A DNA stretch of 64,000 nt from Scyliorhinus canicula (GCF_902713615.1 NC_052148.1:98325098-98389097), one strand, 5' to 3'; positions 1 through 12,738 are shown, counted from the stretch's first letter. The notes: generated by a model not told the origin, from the letters alone. Numbers and translations: made by a program.

Positions 1-561
1 GCGTCCAGGAGCCTGCCCAGGTCAGTGTCCCCAAATCTTGGGGCCAGTCTCCTTGGCGCCATTGTTGCGAGCTGGCTGGGGTTGGCGGAGCAAGTATAAT
101 AATAATCTTTATTGTCACAAGTAGGCTTACATTAAAACTGCAAAGAAGTTATTGTGAAAAGCCCCTAGTTGCCACATTCTGCCGCCTGTTCAGGCACACG
201 GAGGGAGAATTCAGAATGTCCAAATGACCTAACAGCACGTCTTTCGGGACATGTGGAAGGAAACTTGAGCACCCGGAGGAAACCCACACAGAACCCGAGT
301 GACCCAAGCTAGGAGTCAATCCTGGGACCCTGGCTCTGTGAAGCATCAGTGCTAACCACTGTGGTACCGTGCCCCCCCCCCCCCCCCAGTTTAAGTGCTG
401 CTAAACCTTGTTAGCGGGGGGGCTGGCGAGCCCGGTCCCAGCGAATCAGCTGGCGAGCCAGCATTTGGGATAAGAAGCCCATGAGGCCTCATTAAGTGGA
501 CCAATTAACATTGAATTCCCACTCGCTACCACACTTTGAAATTTTCCCGGAGAATCGCGCC
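1..561. mobile_element. Right end of a PIF/Harbinger-type non-autonomous element, interrupted by a SINE
   Basis: Ends in GGAGAATCGCGCCC (548-561), resembling the TIR of the other MITEs in the window; GC-rich; left end lies outside the window. Confidence 0.5.
97..373 (-). mobile_element. tRNA-derived SINE (V-SINE-like core, AATAAAGATTATT tail)
   Basis: Reverse strand has a tRNA-like head (GGGCACGGTACCACAGTGGTTAGCAC, degenerate B box), the GTGGGTTTCCTCCGGGTGCTC core, and the CTTTTCACA...GACAATAAAGATTATT tail shared with 4662-5700. Confidence 0.85.
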
Positions 562-1435
562 TCTATTTTTGGTCCTGATGGAAGGGTAATCGATATGCAC
601 CCTCTTTCTACACGTGTTGCCTGACCTGTCCAGGGCTTTCTGATATCTTTGTCCATTCTATCAGCTGTATTTTGCTTTCTATGATATTGGGCTCTTCCAG
701 ACACCACAGGGAAGTATTTCTTACTCAGTGTGCTGTTCACAGCTTCATCATTAAAAGGCAAGTATATCTGAGGTCCTGCGAGAGGAGTTTAAGGAGTTAG
801 GTCAAGATGAACATGCAGGGTCTCAAGGGTGGTAATCTGCAAATTGCTCCTTGTCCATATTCCTGAATTCTAGGTCCGGAACAAGACTTGGATGAATGTT
901 TGTTTGGAAAGCAGTGAGCCGTGGAACTCAAGTGGTATTAGTGATATTCACAGTGATGTTTCCAATGGGGCAGCCTTTAGCACAGTGAGGGGTGTATCTT
1001 GTGATTGCTCAGGCTACTCATACAGAATCTGCTGAACAGTACATACACTTTGCTGACCACTTTCTTTGTCACCACTCAGGCTCCTATCTGCTCATTTCCT
1101 CATTCTGTTCCTCCTGCTTTACAGTGAAGCAGATTTTGCAGACCAAAGTTGTGCAACTAGCAAAAACCAAAATTTATTTTTGAGTCCTTTTAAGGCAGTG
1201 TTTGTACAGCATCCTCTGATCAGCCATGGAAACATAGAAAGATTTATAGCACCGAAGATGGTCTTTCAGCCTGTGTCTGTGCTGGCTAAAAAAGAGCCAT
1301 CCAGCCCAATCACATTTTCCAGCTCTTGCTCCATAGCCCAGTGGGGTACAGAACATCGAATAAATATTCAAGTTTTTTTTAAAAATGCAACAAGGCTTTC
1401 TGATTCTCCAGCCTTTCAGGCAATGATTTCCAGAC

Positions 1436-1728
1436 TGTGGTGAATCACAGTCCGTGTTATTCACACTGTTATTATATATGATGTACTGTGTCTGTGTAAG
1501 CTCGGTATACGAGCAGTTGCGCGGCTCTGCCCCTAGGGGGAGATGAGGAGTTTGTACTGGGCTCCGCCCATGGCTCCGCCCATGGCTCCTCCTACTAACC
1601 AGAAGTATGAAGCATGGCAGTCTGAGCCTGCCTGCCAGTTCATCTCGTCACAGGCAGGCTCCGTTGTAAGATCATTAAAACTACTGTTCACTTCCAACTA
1701 CGAGTCTTGTGAATTGATGGTCACATCA
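1436..1728 (+). mobile_element. Solo LTR, Gypsy family related to 13193-17558
   Basis: TGTGG...CATCA termini, perfect 5-bp TSD CAGAC (1431-1435 / 1729-1733), ATTAAA signal, clear similarity to 22678-22994. Confidence 0.92.
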
Positions 1729-2321
1729 CAGACCCCAACACCTTTTGTGTGAAAAGAAAACTCCTGATTCCTTCTAATCATTCCACTAATACGTTAAATC
1801 TGTACCCACTAGTAATTGATCCCACTGTTAAGGGAAATAGATCTTGCTGATCCCCTTTTTTATTTGATACAACTCAATTAATTCTTGCTTCAGCCTCCCC
1901 TGTTTCATGGAAAACAGCCCTAGTCTATCCAACCCTTCCTCAGAGCTAAACCTCTCCAGTCCTGGCAACACTCTTGCATATGAAGTTCCAAACTGCATAT
2001 TCGGTGGTCACTCTTGCAGTTCTTTGTTCCCCATTGCAGCTGTACTCTGTCTCTACCTGGTTTAGAGAAATTGGACAGGATTATCCCTGTGGGAAATGAT
2101 ATCAGGGCGGTTTCTGGGTTAACACACCTATGGGGCAGGGAGGGGGGGGTCACTTGTGATTATTGAGGGGAAGCCATCTTAAATGACCTGGAGAGAGGGC
2201 AGACTCTCAAATTTGAAGGGCCAATCAAGGGCCTCACAGCTTGAAAGGGGCAGTAGGCTGCAACAGATGGTAAAGGAAAGATGGTGCTGCAAGATGGATG
2301 CAGCCTCTCTGCAAAATTTTA

Positions 2322-2627
2322 TAGAATTTACAGTGCAGAAGGAGGCCAATCGGCCAATCGAGTCTGCACCGGCTCTTGGAAAGAGCACCCCACCCAAGGT
2401 CAACACCTCCACCCTATCCCCATAATCCAGTAACCCCACCCAACACTAACGGCAATTTTTGACACTAAGGGCAATTTATCATGGCCAATCCACCTAACCT
2501 GCACATCTTTGGACTGTGGGAGGAAACCGGAGCGCCCGGAGGAAACCCACGCAGACATGGGGAGAACGTACAGACTCCACACAGACAGTGACCCAAGCCG
2601 GGAATCGAACCTGGGAACCTGGAGCTA
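2322..2627 (-). mobile_element. HE1/V-SINE-like SINE with CR1-type tail
   Basis: B box GGTTCGATTCC, core, GGTTAGGTGGATTGGCCATGATAAATTGCCC segment, tail GGCCTCCTTCTGCACTGTAAATTCTAT; near-identical to 33751-34120. Confidence 0.88.
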
Positions 2628-2957
2628 CCCACTTCGCTACTGTATTTGCATGAAGCTTTCACCACATTATTTAAAGAATACATTAGCCTGTATATTTTAA
2701 TAGCTGAGACCAAAAGATCTCACAGCACAAAACTTCCCTTTTTAATGACATAATTGTTGAGTTATCAATTCTGCATCATTTTCTAATTGTCTGCTGGTCC
2801 CCTATCACTATCATAGTGTTCAAGCAAATTTACTTTTAAATATAATCTAATAAGTTTTAGTCTCTTATGAACTCATTATCGAAACCAAATTGTTCATTGT
2901 ATAGCAATTAGTGCACATGCAAATTAAGCATTGAGGTTGTATAGTTTTCCACATCCG

Positions 2958-3540
2958 GGGCGGGATTCTCCTCCCCCCCTCCCCCCACCGCCTGGGTGGG
3001 AGAATCGCTGGGGCAGCCCAACCCCCACACGAGATTCTCCCACCCCGCCGAAACGCCGGGCCACTCAGAGAGTCGCCGCAAACGGCGAGCGGCGATTCTC
3101 TGGTCCAGATGTGCCAAGCTGCCGCGCGTAAACGACCTAGTCCCGCCGGCGCCGTCCACACCTGGTGGGGTTTGGCCTGCGTTCGGGGCTCACCAATCGG
3201 CAGGCCGGCCTCTTACCCCCAGGCCTACTTCCTTGCGCGACCGGCCTCAGAACACCGGCGCCATGTTGGTGAGGGGCCGGAGTGCTCCGCGAGGTTACCG
3301 TGCATGCGTCGGTTGGCACTGGCGCCACTGCGCATGTCATCGTTGGTGCGGTGCAACTGCGCATGCGCGGATCCCGCGGTGCCAGGTTCGCACCGGGATC
3401 TGCGATCGGAGTGTCGCAAACCACTCCAGGGCCGTGCGGCCCCCTGTAGGGGCCAGAATTCGACGTGAGAGCGGCCTGTTCACACCGTTGTAAAACCCAA
3501 CGGCGTAGACACTCTGCCTCCATTTCGTACAATCCCTCCC
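2958..3540. mobile_element. GC-rich PIF/Harbinger-type MITE
   Basis: Left TIR GGGCGGGATTCTCC, degenerate right TIR ACAATCCCTCCC; internal sequence is a reverse-complement relative of 4816-5549. Confidence 0.7.
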
Positions 3541-3639
3541 CCTGTCTCCACTCAGCCTCAACTCATTTTCCATTGAAACCTTTATCCATGACTTTATCCA
3601 TACCTCTCGACTTGACTACTTCAACACACTCCCAGCCAG

Positions 3640-4118
3640 CTTTTAACATGACACCCTTTATAGACCATTCAACCATCGCTCCAATGCTCGCTGGTCAAAT
3701 TTCTTCCTGCTCCGGTAACATTTTGATTTTCAAATTCTGGGCCTTTTTTTCAACCAAGTCCCTGCATGACCTTGTCCCTCTTTATCTCTGCAACCTCCCC
3801 CAGCTCTACAACCCTACAAGGTCTCTGTGTTCCTCCAATTCTGGTCTTTTTAGCATACCTGATGTTCTCTGCTCCGTATTTGACGGCTGTGTTTTAGCCC
3901 TAAACTCTGTTAATCTCTTGCTAAATGTCTCCACCTCTCTTCCTCTCCTCCCTCCTTTGAGACACTGCTTACAAACAATCTCCTCAACCAACTCCAATGT
4001 CATCTACCCTAATCTGCTCTCATGTGGCTCAGGATCATACTTTCTCTTATGATGCTCTTCCAAAACACTTTGGGATCGTTAATTGAGTTAAAGGTGTTAT
4101 ATAAATATAGATTGTTAC
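3640..4118 (+). mobile_element. Degraded L2-type LINE 3' end
   Basis: Peptide KSLHDLVPLYLCNL..YNPTRSLCSSNSGL resembles the L2 ORF2 C-terminus; tail AAAGGTGTTATATAAATATAGATTGTT. Confidence 0.65.
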
Positions 4119-4661
4119 TGAAGTTGCAATATTAATGCAAGGTTATTTCAGTGATACTGCTTTTACACACATTTCATATGTTCCTTGCATTATAAATTGG
4201 TCTCAATGTTTTTATTCCTTATTAAAAGACTACTAAAACCAGCTGCGTGCAGCTCTGCTCATTTGTCCACTTCATCCCAATTGTAGAGATGTCAGTCTTG
4301 TTAATAAATGGCATTGGAGTTGGCAATGTACAGAAAGAGAATGGTTGATGTCGCTAATGGAACAGTATATATTAATACACGGCTGGAAAAAGGAAAAAGC
4401 CAGAAAAACGTGGTCTAGGAAGTCAGCGAAAATTGGAGTTGCATTCAGATCCATCCTGCCTCCCCAGGACAGACCCATCTTCGCCTTCGCCTTCCGGTGG
4501 ATTGTTTTTGGAGGGGCTTATATTCTGTGCATTGTGAGTGACTGGCAACGACAGTGATTATGTATCCCACCAGGAATTACATGTTACTGGTAGAGGGATT
4601 TTAAAAGTCAGCAACAAAATGTTAATACTCATTTCACCCATTTCCTACTACAAGTATCACT

Positions 4662-5700
4662 GCCAGTGGTTAGCACTGTTGCTTCACAGAGCCAGGGTCC
4701 CAGGTTCGATTCCCGGCTTGGCTCATTGTCCGTGCGAAGTTTGCACGTTCTCCCCATCTCTGCGTGGGTTTTCCCCGGGTGCTCCAGTTTCCTCCCACAA
4801 GTCCTGAAAGACATAGGGCGGGATTCTCTGCCCCTGAGACTAAGTGTTGACGCCGCCGTAAATGCCGTCGCATTTCACGACGGCATCAACATGCCCTCGG
4901 GAACGGCGATTCTGGCCCCTACAGGGGACCAGCACAGCGCTGGAGCAACCCACGCCGCTCCAGCTGACAATACCGCTGTCAAATGGGCACCGTGAGTCTG
5001 CGCATGAGCGCTGTGACCGGCGCCGATGCGCGCATGCACAGTGCGACCCGTGCGATTGCGCACAGGCACAGTGGCTCCCTTCTCCGCGCCGGCCCGACGC
5101 AACATGGCATAGGGCTACAGGGGCCGGCGCGGCGCAAAAGAGGCCCCTAGCCCGAGAGGCTGGCCCACTGATTGGTATGCACCGATTGCAGGCCAGGCCA
5201 CAGCGGAGGCCCCCCCCTGGGTCGGACCCCCCATTTCCCCCCTCCCCCCACCAGGCTGCCCCTGGATTCATGCACGCCAAGGTCCCGCCGGGTCAGACCA
5301 CACATGGACGGCGCCGGCAGGACTCGGATTTTTTATGCGGCCGCTCAGCCCATCCCAGGTGGAGAGTTGCTGGGGGGGGGGGGGGGGGGGGGGGGGGGGC
5401 GCTCCGGCGCCGTGCCCACCGCGCCGGTGCCAATGGCACCGATTCTCCGCTCTCCGGAGAATTGACGAACCGGCGTTGGGACGGCATTGTGCAATTTGCG
5501 CCCAACCTGCCAATTCTCCAGCCTGGCGTGGTCTGCGGGAATCCCACCCATGCTGTTAGGTAATTTGGACATTCTAAATTCTCCCTCAGTGTATCCAAAC
5601 AGGTGCCAGAATGCGCCAACTAGGGGATTTTCACAGTAACTTCATTGCAGTGTTAATGTAAACCTACTTGTGACACTAATAAAGGTTATTATTATAATAA
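4662..5700 (+). mobile_element. tRNA-derived SINE split by a MITE
   Basis: Head and B box GGTTCGATTCC at 4662-4815; resumes at 5550 (GCTGTTAGGTAATTTGGACATTC...TAATAAAGGTTATTATTA). Confidence 0.85.
4816..5549. mobile_element. GC-rich PIF/Harbinger-type MITE
   Basis: TIRs GGGCGGGATTCTC / GGGAATCCCACCC, imperfect 3-bp TSD ATA/ATG; inserted cleanly inside a SINE; contains a long G run. Confidence 0.8.
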
Positions 5701-6345
5701 TTGAATGCCACAAGCTCTGCCATTAGATGGAGAACCAATATTTGCTCAGCTCGCTGAGGGTCTCTGCTGGGAAAAATCAGCTACTACCTCACAACTACAC
5801 ATGATTAATCAGATGAAAAACATAATTTTATACGATAGAAATTGGGTAACACGGCTTTTTGACCTTGAGGGTCAGGATTCGCAACCTTTCTGCAATAGTT
5901 CAAAATGAGCAAGACGGTATGTAAATTTGGTGCAGCCATTTCATCTGCCTGATATATAGCGTGACACTGAGTGGCTCCCACACTGATCTGCTGTCTGAAG
6001 TGCCCCAGTCTTTGTGCACAGCTCGGGACACAGTCTAATTCTGAATTAACCATGTGCTCCAAACTGCCTGCCCTTTTAAAGACTCAATCATTATAATAGG
6101 GAAACTGGAACAATGCACCGTAGGCGGCTGGATAATCACTTTGGTACACTGAGGGACACGGAGGATGGCCCAGCATGTCAGAGAAGTCTTCCCGATCAGT
6201 GATGTTGCCTTGGAGGCATTGGTCAAACAGGTGCAGGTCAGGAGAGGTGCCATGTTCCTGCCAGGTACCAGGGAGCCTTCATGAGAGCACATACCAAGGG
6301 TGATTATCTGAGGAAAGTTGTCCTTGCAGTAGAGGGAGTGTAGCA

Positions 6346-7560
6346 AATGTTTACCAGACTGATTCTCGGGATGGTGGGACAGACGTATGAGGAGAGATTG
6401 AATCGGTTAGGATTGTATTCGCTGGAGTTCAGAAGAATGAGTGGGAATCGCATAGAAACCTATAAAATTCTAACAGGACTGGACAAGGCAGATGCAGGAA
6501 GAATATTTCCGATGGTGGGTGTGTCCAAAATCAGGGGTCACAGTCTGAGGATATCGTGTAGTCCATTTAGGACAGAGATGAGAAGAAATTTCTTCATTCA
6601 GAGAGTGGTCAGCCTGTGGAATTCATTGCCACAGGAAGTAGTTGAGGCCAAGACATTGTGGGCGAAATTCTCCGCCCCCCACGACGGGTGGGAGAATAGC
6701 GGGAGGGCCTTCCCGACATTTTTGCCGCCCTCCCGCTATTCTCCCACCCCCCCCGCCGAAGTCCCGACCCGAATCGCTGCCGCCGTTTTTTTTACGGCCG
6801 GCAGCGATTCTCAGCTGTTAGATGGGCCGAAGTCCCAGCCCTTTCCGCCGTTTTTACGAACGGCAAACACACCTGGTCTTGCCGTTCGTAAAAACGGCGT
6901 CACAAACTCGCTTTTTATAACCATGGCACCGATTGGCACGGCAGTACCACGGCCGTGCCAAGGGTGCCATGGGCCCGCGATCGGTGGGCACCGATCACGG
7001 GCAGCGGGCCCGATGCCCGCGCACTACTTGTCCTTCCGCCGCCCCGCAGTATCTATTCGCGGGGCGGCTGAGGGGCAACCCGGCCCGCGCATGCGCGGGT
7101 TTCGCGCAAAAACGCGATGACGTCACCCGCGCATGCGCGGGTTGGAGTCTTCCAAACTGCGCATGCGCGGCTGACGTCATATGACGCGTCAGCCGGCGCT
7201 AACTCCGGCAAGCGGTCTTAACGATTTTCGTTAAGCCCGTCTTGCCGGAGCCTACGGCGTCGGGCTGCTAGCCCCGACCGGGGACCAGAATCGGTCCCCG
7301 GTCGGGAAGGGGCGCGCTGCCGTAAAACCCGCCCGGGTTTTACGCCAGCTTTATGATTTCTCCCGTTTTGGGAGAATCTCGCCCTGTATTTTTTCCAGAA
7401 ACAGTTAGATATGAAGGCGATCAAAGAATATGGGGAGAAAGCAGGATTAGGTTATTGAGTTGGATGATCAGCCATGATTATAATGAATGGCGGAGCAGGC
7501 TCGAAGGGCCGAATGACCTCTTCCTGCTGCTATTTTCCATATCTCTATGTTTCCATGTCT
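6346..7560 (+). mobile_element. CR1 LINE 3' fragment (split by MITE 6660-7384)
   Basis: YEERLNRLGLYSLEFRRM..RGHSL..RRNFFIQRVVSLWNSLP motif; CR1 3' UTR (GGGCCGAATGACCT) resumes after 7385. Confidence 0.88.
6660..7384. mobile_element. GC-rich PIF/Harbinger-type MITE
   Basis: TIRs GGGCGAAATTCTCC / GGAGAATCTCGCCC, perfect 3-bp TSD TGT (6657-6659 / 7385-7387). Confidence 0.88.
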
Positions 7561-9035
7561 GTGATTAATGCCCAGATTGATGCTCCCAGGACATAAGAGT
7601 AGGGGTAGGCCATTCAGCTCTTTGAACCTACTCTGCTTTCCAAACCAATCATGATTGATCTGGTTGTAGTCTCATCTCTATTTTCCTGTCTGGTCCCGAT
7701 AACCTTGTCTGTCAATAATCTACCTATTCTATATCAAAGTAACACCAATGGCTGGTATAACGTCACGCGTTGCACCTTGACATAATTGGAGCATTTTGTG
7801 GGTATCTGTGGAGTTGACCATTGTACCCTCTTTGAGCAGCATCTCGTACATTTACGATCCCGACATGCGCCCCCTCTGATTCTTCCTCTTTGCGGCTACA
7901 ATGCGGAACGTAACAAAAGAGAAACTGGCAATGAGATCTGGCCCGTAAAAAAAAGTGAGAGAAACAACGATGATTTTGTCAGGAGAAAGAATCATCGACG
8001 GAGTTCCAGGGCAGTACACCACCGAGAGTGAGATTAAGAAATATCGTTGACTTCTGAGGCAAAATCATCTTGTGGCAAATAAAAACAACTCTCAGATAAA
8101 TAGTTGGACATCATACAGTTTGTAGCAGGACGTCGGCCAATCACCTGGTAGAGTAAAAAAAGTAAAACTCAAGATAAAGACAAAAAAGTGTGCCTAAGTT
8201 TTTGAAGGCACGTACCATATCCAATGCTATTCAACCTAAAGAGAAGAAGAATTCGAGGGGTTACTGAAGACAGGAGCCATTGGGCCTGTTACCACCAGCA
8301 ATTGGGCAACCCCAATCTTCCCAGTCTTAAAGAAGGATGGTTCAGTACAAATATGTGAGGATTTCAAAATGTCTCACAACACTATTATGTGCTGATCAGC
8401 ACCCTCAACCACTTATCGAAGATCTTTTGCAGGCCACTCATTCAGTCAAAAATTTAGCAAAATTGATCTCTCCCAAGCCTATCTGCAAATGAATGAAGCT
8501 ATTGAGTCTCAAGCATTACTGAATATAGTAACACACAAGCGTCTGTTTTGATATCAGAGGCTTCCATTCAGGATAATGCCAGCACCGGCTTTCTTCCATA
8601 TCAGGTGTGCAGTTCCAGGTGGACAACATTTTGGTTACAGGTTCAAACGATATAGAGCATGAAAAGAACCTAGAAGCTACTCTGCAGCCTGCTTGTGACG
8701 CATCATCCTGTAGCGTTGGAGCAGTTGTCTCATACATAATGCCTTCAAACCAAGGGTGACCAATCACATTTGCTTCTCCACACCCCTGATATGACCCTCA
8801 ACGGACTATATGGAGGTCCCAGAACCCCCCACATCCCCCCAACACCCACGCAGGGCACATCCGAGCTCAATCACCGCCATGCAAAAAATGCCAGCTTGGC
8901 ACTTCCAGGCTGCCTAACAGGTTCCAGAGCCAGGGTACCACCTTGCCCAGAGGACATGACACTCCACATCCCACAGTCCAAAGATGTGCGGGTTAGGTGG
9001 ATTGGCCATGCTAAATTGCCCGTAGTGTAAGGTTA

Positions 9036-10628
9036 GTGCAGAGGCATTTGGATAGGTTAAGTGAATGGGCTAGGGTCTGTGAGATGGAATACAATGTTGA
9101 CAAATGTGAGGTTATCCATTTTGGTAGGAATAACAGCAAAAGGGATTATTATTTAAACAATAAAATATTAAAACATGCTGCTGTGCAGAGGGACCTGAGT
9201 GTCCTCGTGCATGAGTCACAAAATGTTGGTTTACAGGTGCAATAGCTGATTAAGAAGGTGAATGGAATTTTGTCCTTCATTGCTAGAGAGATGGAGTTTA
9301 AGACTAGGGAGGTTATGCTGCTATTGTATAAGGTGTCAGTGAGGTCACACATAGAACTTAGAACAGTACAGCACAGAACAGGCCCTTCGGCCCTCGATGT
9401 TGTGCCGAGCACTGTCCGAAACCAAGATCAAACTATCCCACTCCCTGTCATTCTGGTGTGCTCCATGTGCCTATCCAATAACCACTTGAACGTTCCTAAA
9501 GTGTCCGACTCCACTATCACTGCAGGCAGTCCATTCCACACCCTAACCACACCTGGAGTATTGTGTTCAGTTTTGGTCTCCTGACCTGAGAAAGGATGTC
9601 CTTACACTGGAGGGTATAAGAACTAGGGGCAGGAGTAGGCCATCTGGCCCCTTGAGCCTGCTCCGCCATTCAATTAGATCATGGCTGATCTTTTGTGGAC
9701 TCAGCTCCACTTTCCGGCCTGAACACCATAACCCTTAATCCCTTTATTCTTCAAAAAACTATCTATCTTTACCTTAAAAACATGTAATGAAGGAGCCTCA
9801 ACTGCTTCACTGGGCAAGGAATTCCATAGATTCACAACCCTTTGGGTGAAGAAGTTCCTCCTAAACTCAGTCCTAAATCTACTTCCCCTTATTTTGAGGC
9901 TATGTCCCCTAGTTCTGCTGTCACCCGCCAGTGGAAACAACCTGCCCGCATCTATCCTATCTATTCCCTTCATAATTTTAAATGTTTCTATAAGATCCCC
10001 CCTCATCCTTCTAAATTCCAACGAGTACAGTCCCAGTCTACTCAACCTCTCCTCATAATCCAACCCCTTCAGCTCTGGGATTAACCTAGTGAATCTCCTC
10101 TGCACACCCTCCAGCGCCAGTACGTCCTTTCTCAAGTAAGGAGACCAAAACTGAACACAATACTCCAGGTGTGGCCGCACTAACACCTTATACAATTGCA
10201 ACATAACCTCCCTAGTCTTAAACTCTATCCCTCTAGCAATGAAGGACAAAATTCCATTTGCCTTCTTAATCACCTGTTGCACTTGTAAACCAACCTTCTG
10301 TGACTCATGCACTAGCACACCCAAGCCTCTCTGAACAGCGGCATGCAGAGGAGATTCATTAGGTTAATCCCAGAGTTGAGGGGGTTGGATTACGAGGGGA
10401 GGTTGAGTAAACTGGGACTGAAAACGTTAGAATTTAGAAGGATTAAGGAGGATCTTATAGAAACTATAAAATTATGAAGGGAATAGATAGGATAGATGTG
10501 GGGAGGTTGTTTCCACTGGCAGGTGAAAGCAGAACAAGGGGGCATAGCCTTAAAATAAGGGGAAGTAGATTTAGGACTGAGCTTCGGAGGAACTTCTTCC
10601 CCCAAAGGGTTGTGAATCTATGGAATTC
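9036..10628 (+). mobile_element. CR1 LINE fragment, interrupted by two antisense CR1 pieces
   Basis: MEYNVDKCEVIHFGRNN..RDLSVLVHES..NGILSFIAR; continues at 9549-9616 and 10346-10628. Confidence 0.85.
9617..10345 (-). mobile_element. Young 5'-truncated CR1 LINE copy
   Basis: Uninterrupted 207-aa ORF2 C-terminus (LVRPHLEYCVQFWSPY...RVVNLWNSLP) plus 3' UTR ending CCTAGTTCTTAT. Confidence 0.92.
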
Positions 10629-10677
10629 TAATGGACATGTGCATCTGTAACAGAACTATGTTAGTAATGATATAATG

Positions 10678-11430
10678 CAGTCATTTTCAAATCCAGGGTC
10701 ACGACCCGTGGGTGGGTCGCGGGCGATTGTCGGGAGAGTCGTGGAGCCATGCATCGCGGCATTCCTGATCAAGGGGCCATGCATCGCGACGTTCCCGATT
10801 GCAGGAAGAAGTGCCCAACCGTGTGACCGGCTTTAAAAAATGCCAGCCATGACTGCCTTTCAGAATGCCGGCAGCTTCATGCATGCAGGCCCTGTCAGCA
10901 GTGCGCAGGCCCGGAGCCCAGTGGCGCAGAACGCCTCCTGCTGACGTCAATGCGCTGACCCAGGAGCAGATTTTTTAAAAATAGCTGGAGTCTTCCTGCC
11001 CGGAGCAATGGCAGAGAGCACCCGTACACTGCCGTCATGTGTTCTGGGTGCGCAAGAGAGATTTCTCCATTTTGCCGCTGCCAGCAGTCTCTGGTGAACA
11101 ATCCATGAAGAAGAAGCTGAAAACAGGAACAAAGCATCATAAAGATGATTCCTTGAGGCATGGGTTATTAATTGTGCCATTGCAAATCAGGATTCATGTG
11201 TGTTACTGCAAATGAAAGTTTAAAACACTCAAAACGTCAAGGACAAACCTCTCTATTTTTTTCAACAAATGCAGTGAGATTTTAAATCATCAGCTGAAGT
11301 CATTATCAGAAATGTAACATTGAATAACAAAGCAAGTGAGATCACGAGGACCAAGCAGGCTCACCTGTCACATAAAGGTAAGTGAAAATGGTGGGTCGCA
11401 AAGTTTGGGCGGCGTGAAGGTCCCGAAGGA
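10678..11430 (+). mobile_element. Internally deleted hAT (Buster/Charlie-like) DNA transposon
   Basis: CAGT start, GGGTCGC subterminal motifs near both ends, an N-terminal transposase-like remnant (ANESLKHSK) and the C-terminal QAHLSH* signature at ~11356-11376. Confidence 0.6.
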
Positions 11431-11840
11431 TGGTACAATGTGTTGGGTTTGTGTTAAAGAGCCTGATTAAGTAAAATTGTCGGGGACACTAAAGGAGTAA
11501 AGAGGGAGGTAGATTATGTATCAGCGTAACACCATTGGCTGGTGTAATGTCACATGTGACACAATGGTGTCATCGGAGCATGCCGTGGGCTTTAGTGGAG
11601 TTCACCATTGTACCCTATTTGAGCAGCATCTTGTAAATAAACCCCCTTACACTATGTTATACAACTTGTGATTCTTTGCCTTTGCAGCAACAACAAGGAA
11701 GATAGCACTATCGAACTCTACCTTGGATAAGTTCAATGACCCAGCCTCCACTGCTCTCTGAGGAAGAGTATTCCACAGACTATCCACCTTCCCAGGGAAA
11801 AATAAACCACCTCATATCAGTCTTAAAAAGGAGACTTCTT

Positions 11841-12518
11841 GGGCGGGATTCTCCCGTACCTGGCAGGGTGGGGAGTCCCAGCGGGACGGAGTGGCGTGAA
11901 CCACTCTGGCGTCGCCCGCCCCAAAGGTGCAGAGTCCTCCGCACCTTCAGGGGCTAGGCCGGCACCGGAGTGGTTTGCACTCCGCCAGCTGGCGTGGAAG
12001 GCCTTTGGCGCCACGCCAGCCGGAGCCGAAGGGACTCCGCCGGCCGGCGAGAGTGCAAACCACTCCGGTACGTCATCCCCACACATGCGTGGGGAGGGGG
12101 GGGTTCACCCACGCGTCGGCCATCGCGGAGGTCGACACGGCCGATGGGTAGGAAAAGAGTGCCCCCACGGCACATGCCCACCCGCGGATCAGTGGTCCCC
12201 GTTCGCGGGCCAGGCCACAATGCAGGCACGCCCCGGGGCCAGATCGCCCCGCGCCCCCAGGACCCCGGAGCCCGCCCACGCTGCCAGGTCCCGCCGGTAA
12301 GGGACCTAGTCTGATCCACGTCGGCAGGACCAGCAGAAAACCAGCGGGACTTCGGCCCATCATGGGCCGGAGAATTTGGGCAGCCCCAGGGCCCATTGAG
12401 TCGCGGCGGTCCCCACCATTCTCCGAGGTGGGCGGCACGATTCGGAGAATTCGGAGGACGGCGGGGGCGGGATTCACGCCGACCCCTGGCGATTCTGGGG
12501 GGTTGGAGAATCCCGCCC
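11841..12518. mobile_element. GC-rich PIF/Harbinger-type MITE
   Basis: Perfect 14-bp TIRs GGGCGGGATTCTCC / GGAGAATCCCGCCC and 3-bp TSD CTT; inserted into a CR1 fragment. Confidence 0.92.
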
Positions 12519-12555
12519 CTTAATCCTAATCTGTGTCCCCCACGGCAGCAGAGCC

Positions 12556-12738
12556 ATAGAATGCATAGAAACCCTACAGTGCAGAAGGAGGCTATTCAGG
12601 CCATCAAGTCTGCACTGACCCTCTAAAAGAGCACCCTATTCTGATCCACATCCCCACTTAATCCCCGCAACCTCTTAACCCCACCTAACCTGCACATCTT
12701 TGGACACTGAGGGGAAATTTAGTATGACCATTACCTTG
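12556..12738 (-). mobile_element. Partial HE1/V-SINE-like SINE (3' half)
   Basis: Reverse complement of GTCCAAAGATGTGCAGGTTAGG...CTCCTTCTGCACTGTAGGGTTTCTATG. Confidence 0.75.

Larger units (their letters stand above)
7735..11695 (+). mobile_element. Old degraded Gypsy element with nested insertions
   Basis: Diverged direct repeats at ~7740-7850 and ~11527-11640 (GGAGTT.ACCATTGTACCCT.TTTGAGCAGCATCT); RT/RNase H remnants at 8180-8780 (WATPIFPVLKKDGSVQIC, FSKIDLSQAYLQM, CDASS). Confidence 0.65.

Noticed and set aside
1560-1590. Short tandem GGCTCCGCCCAT repeats as a CRISPR-like array
   Set aside because: No spacers; these are GC-box repeats inside an LTR, and the DNA is vertebrate-like with no cas genes.
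2865-5619. Many overlapping Pro/Gly/Arg-rich ORFs
   Set aside because: They arise from stop-poor GC-rich MITEs and G runs.
6347-7120. 257-aa ORF as a novel gene
   Set aside because: Chance read-through from the CR1 ORF2 C-terminus into a GC-rich MITE; the junction coincides with the TSD/TIR at 6660.
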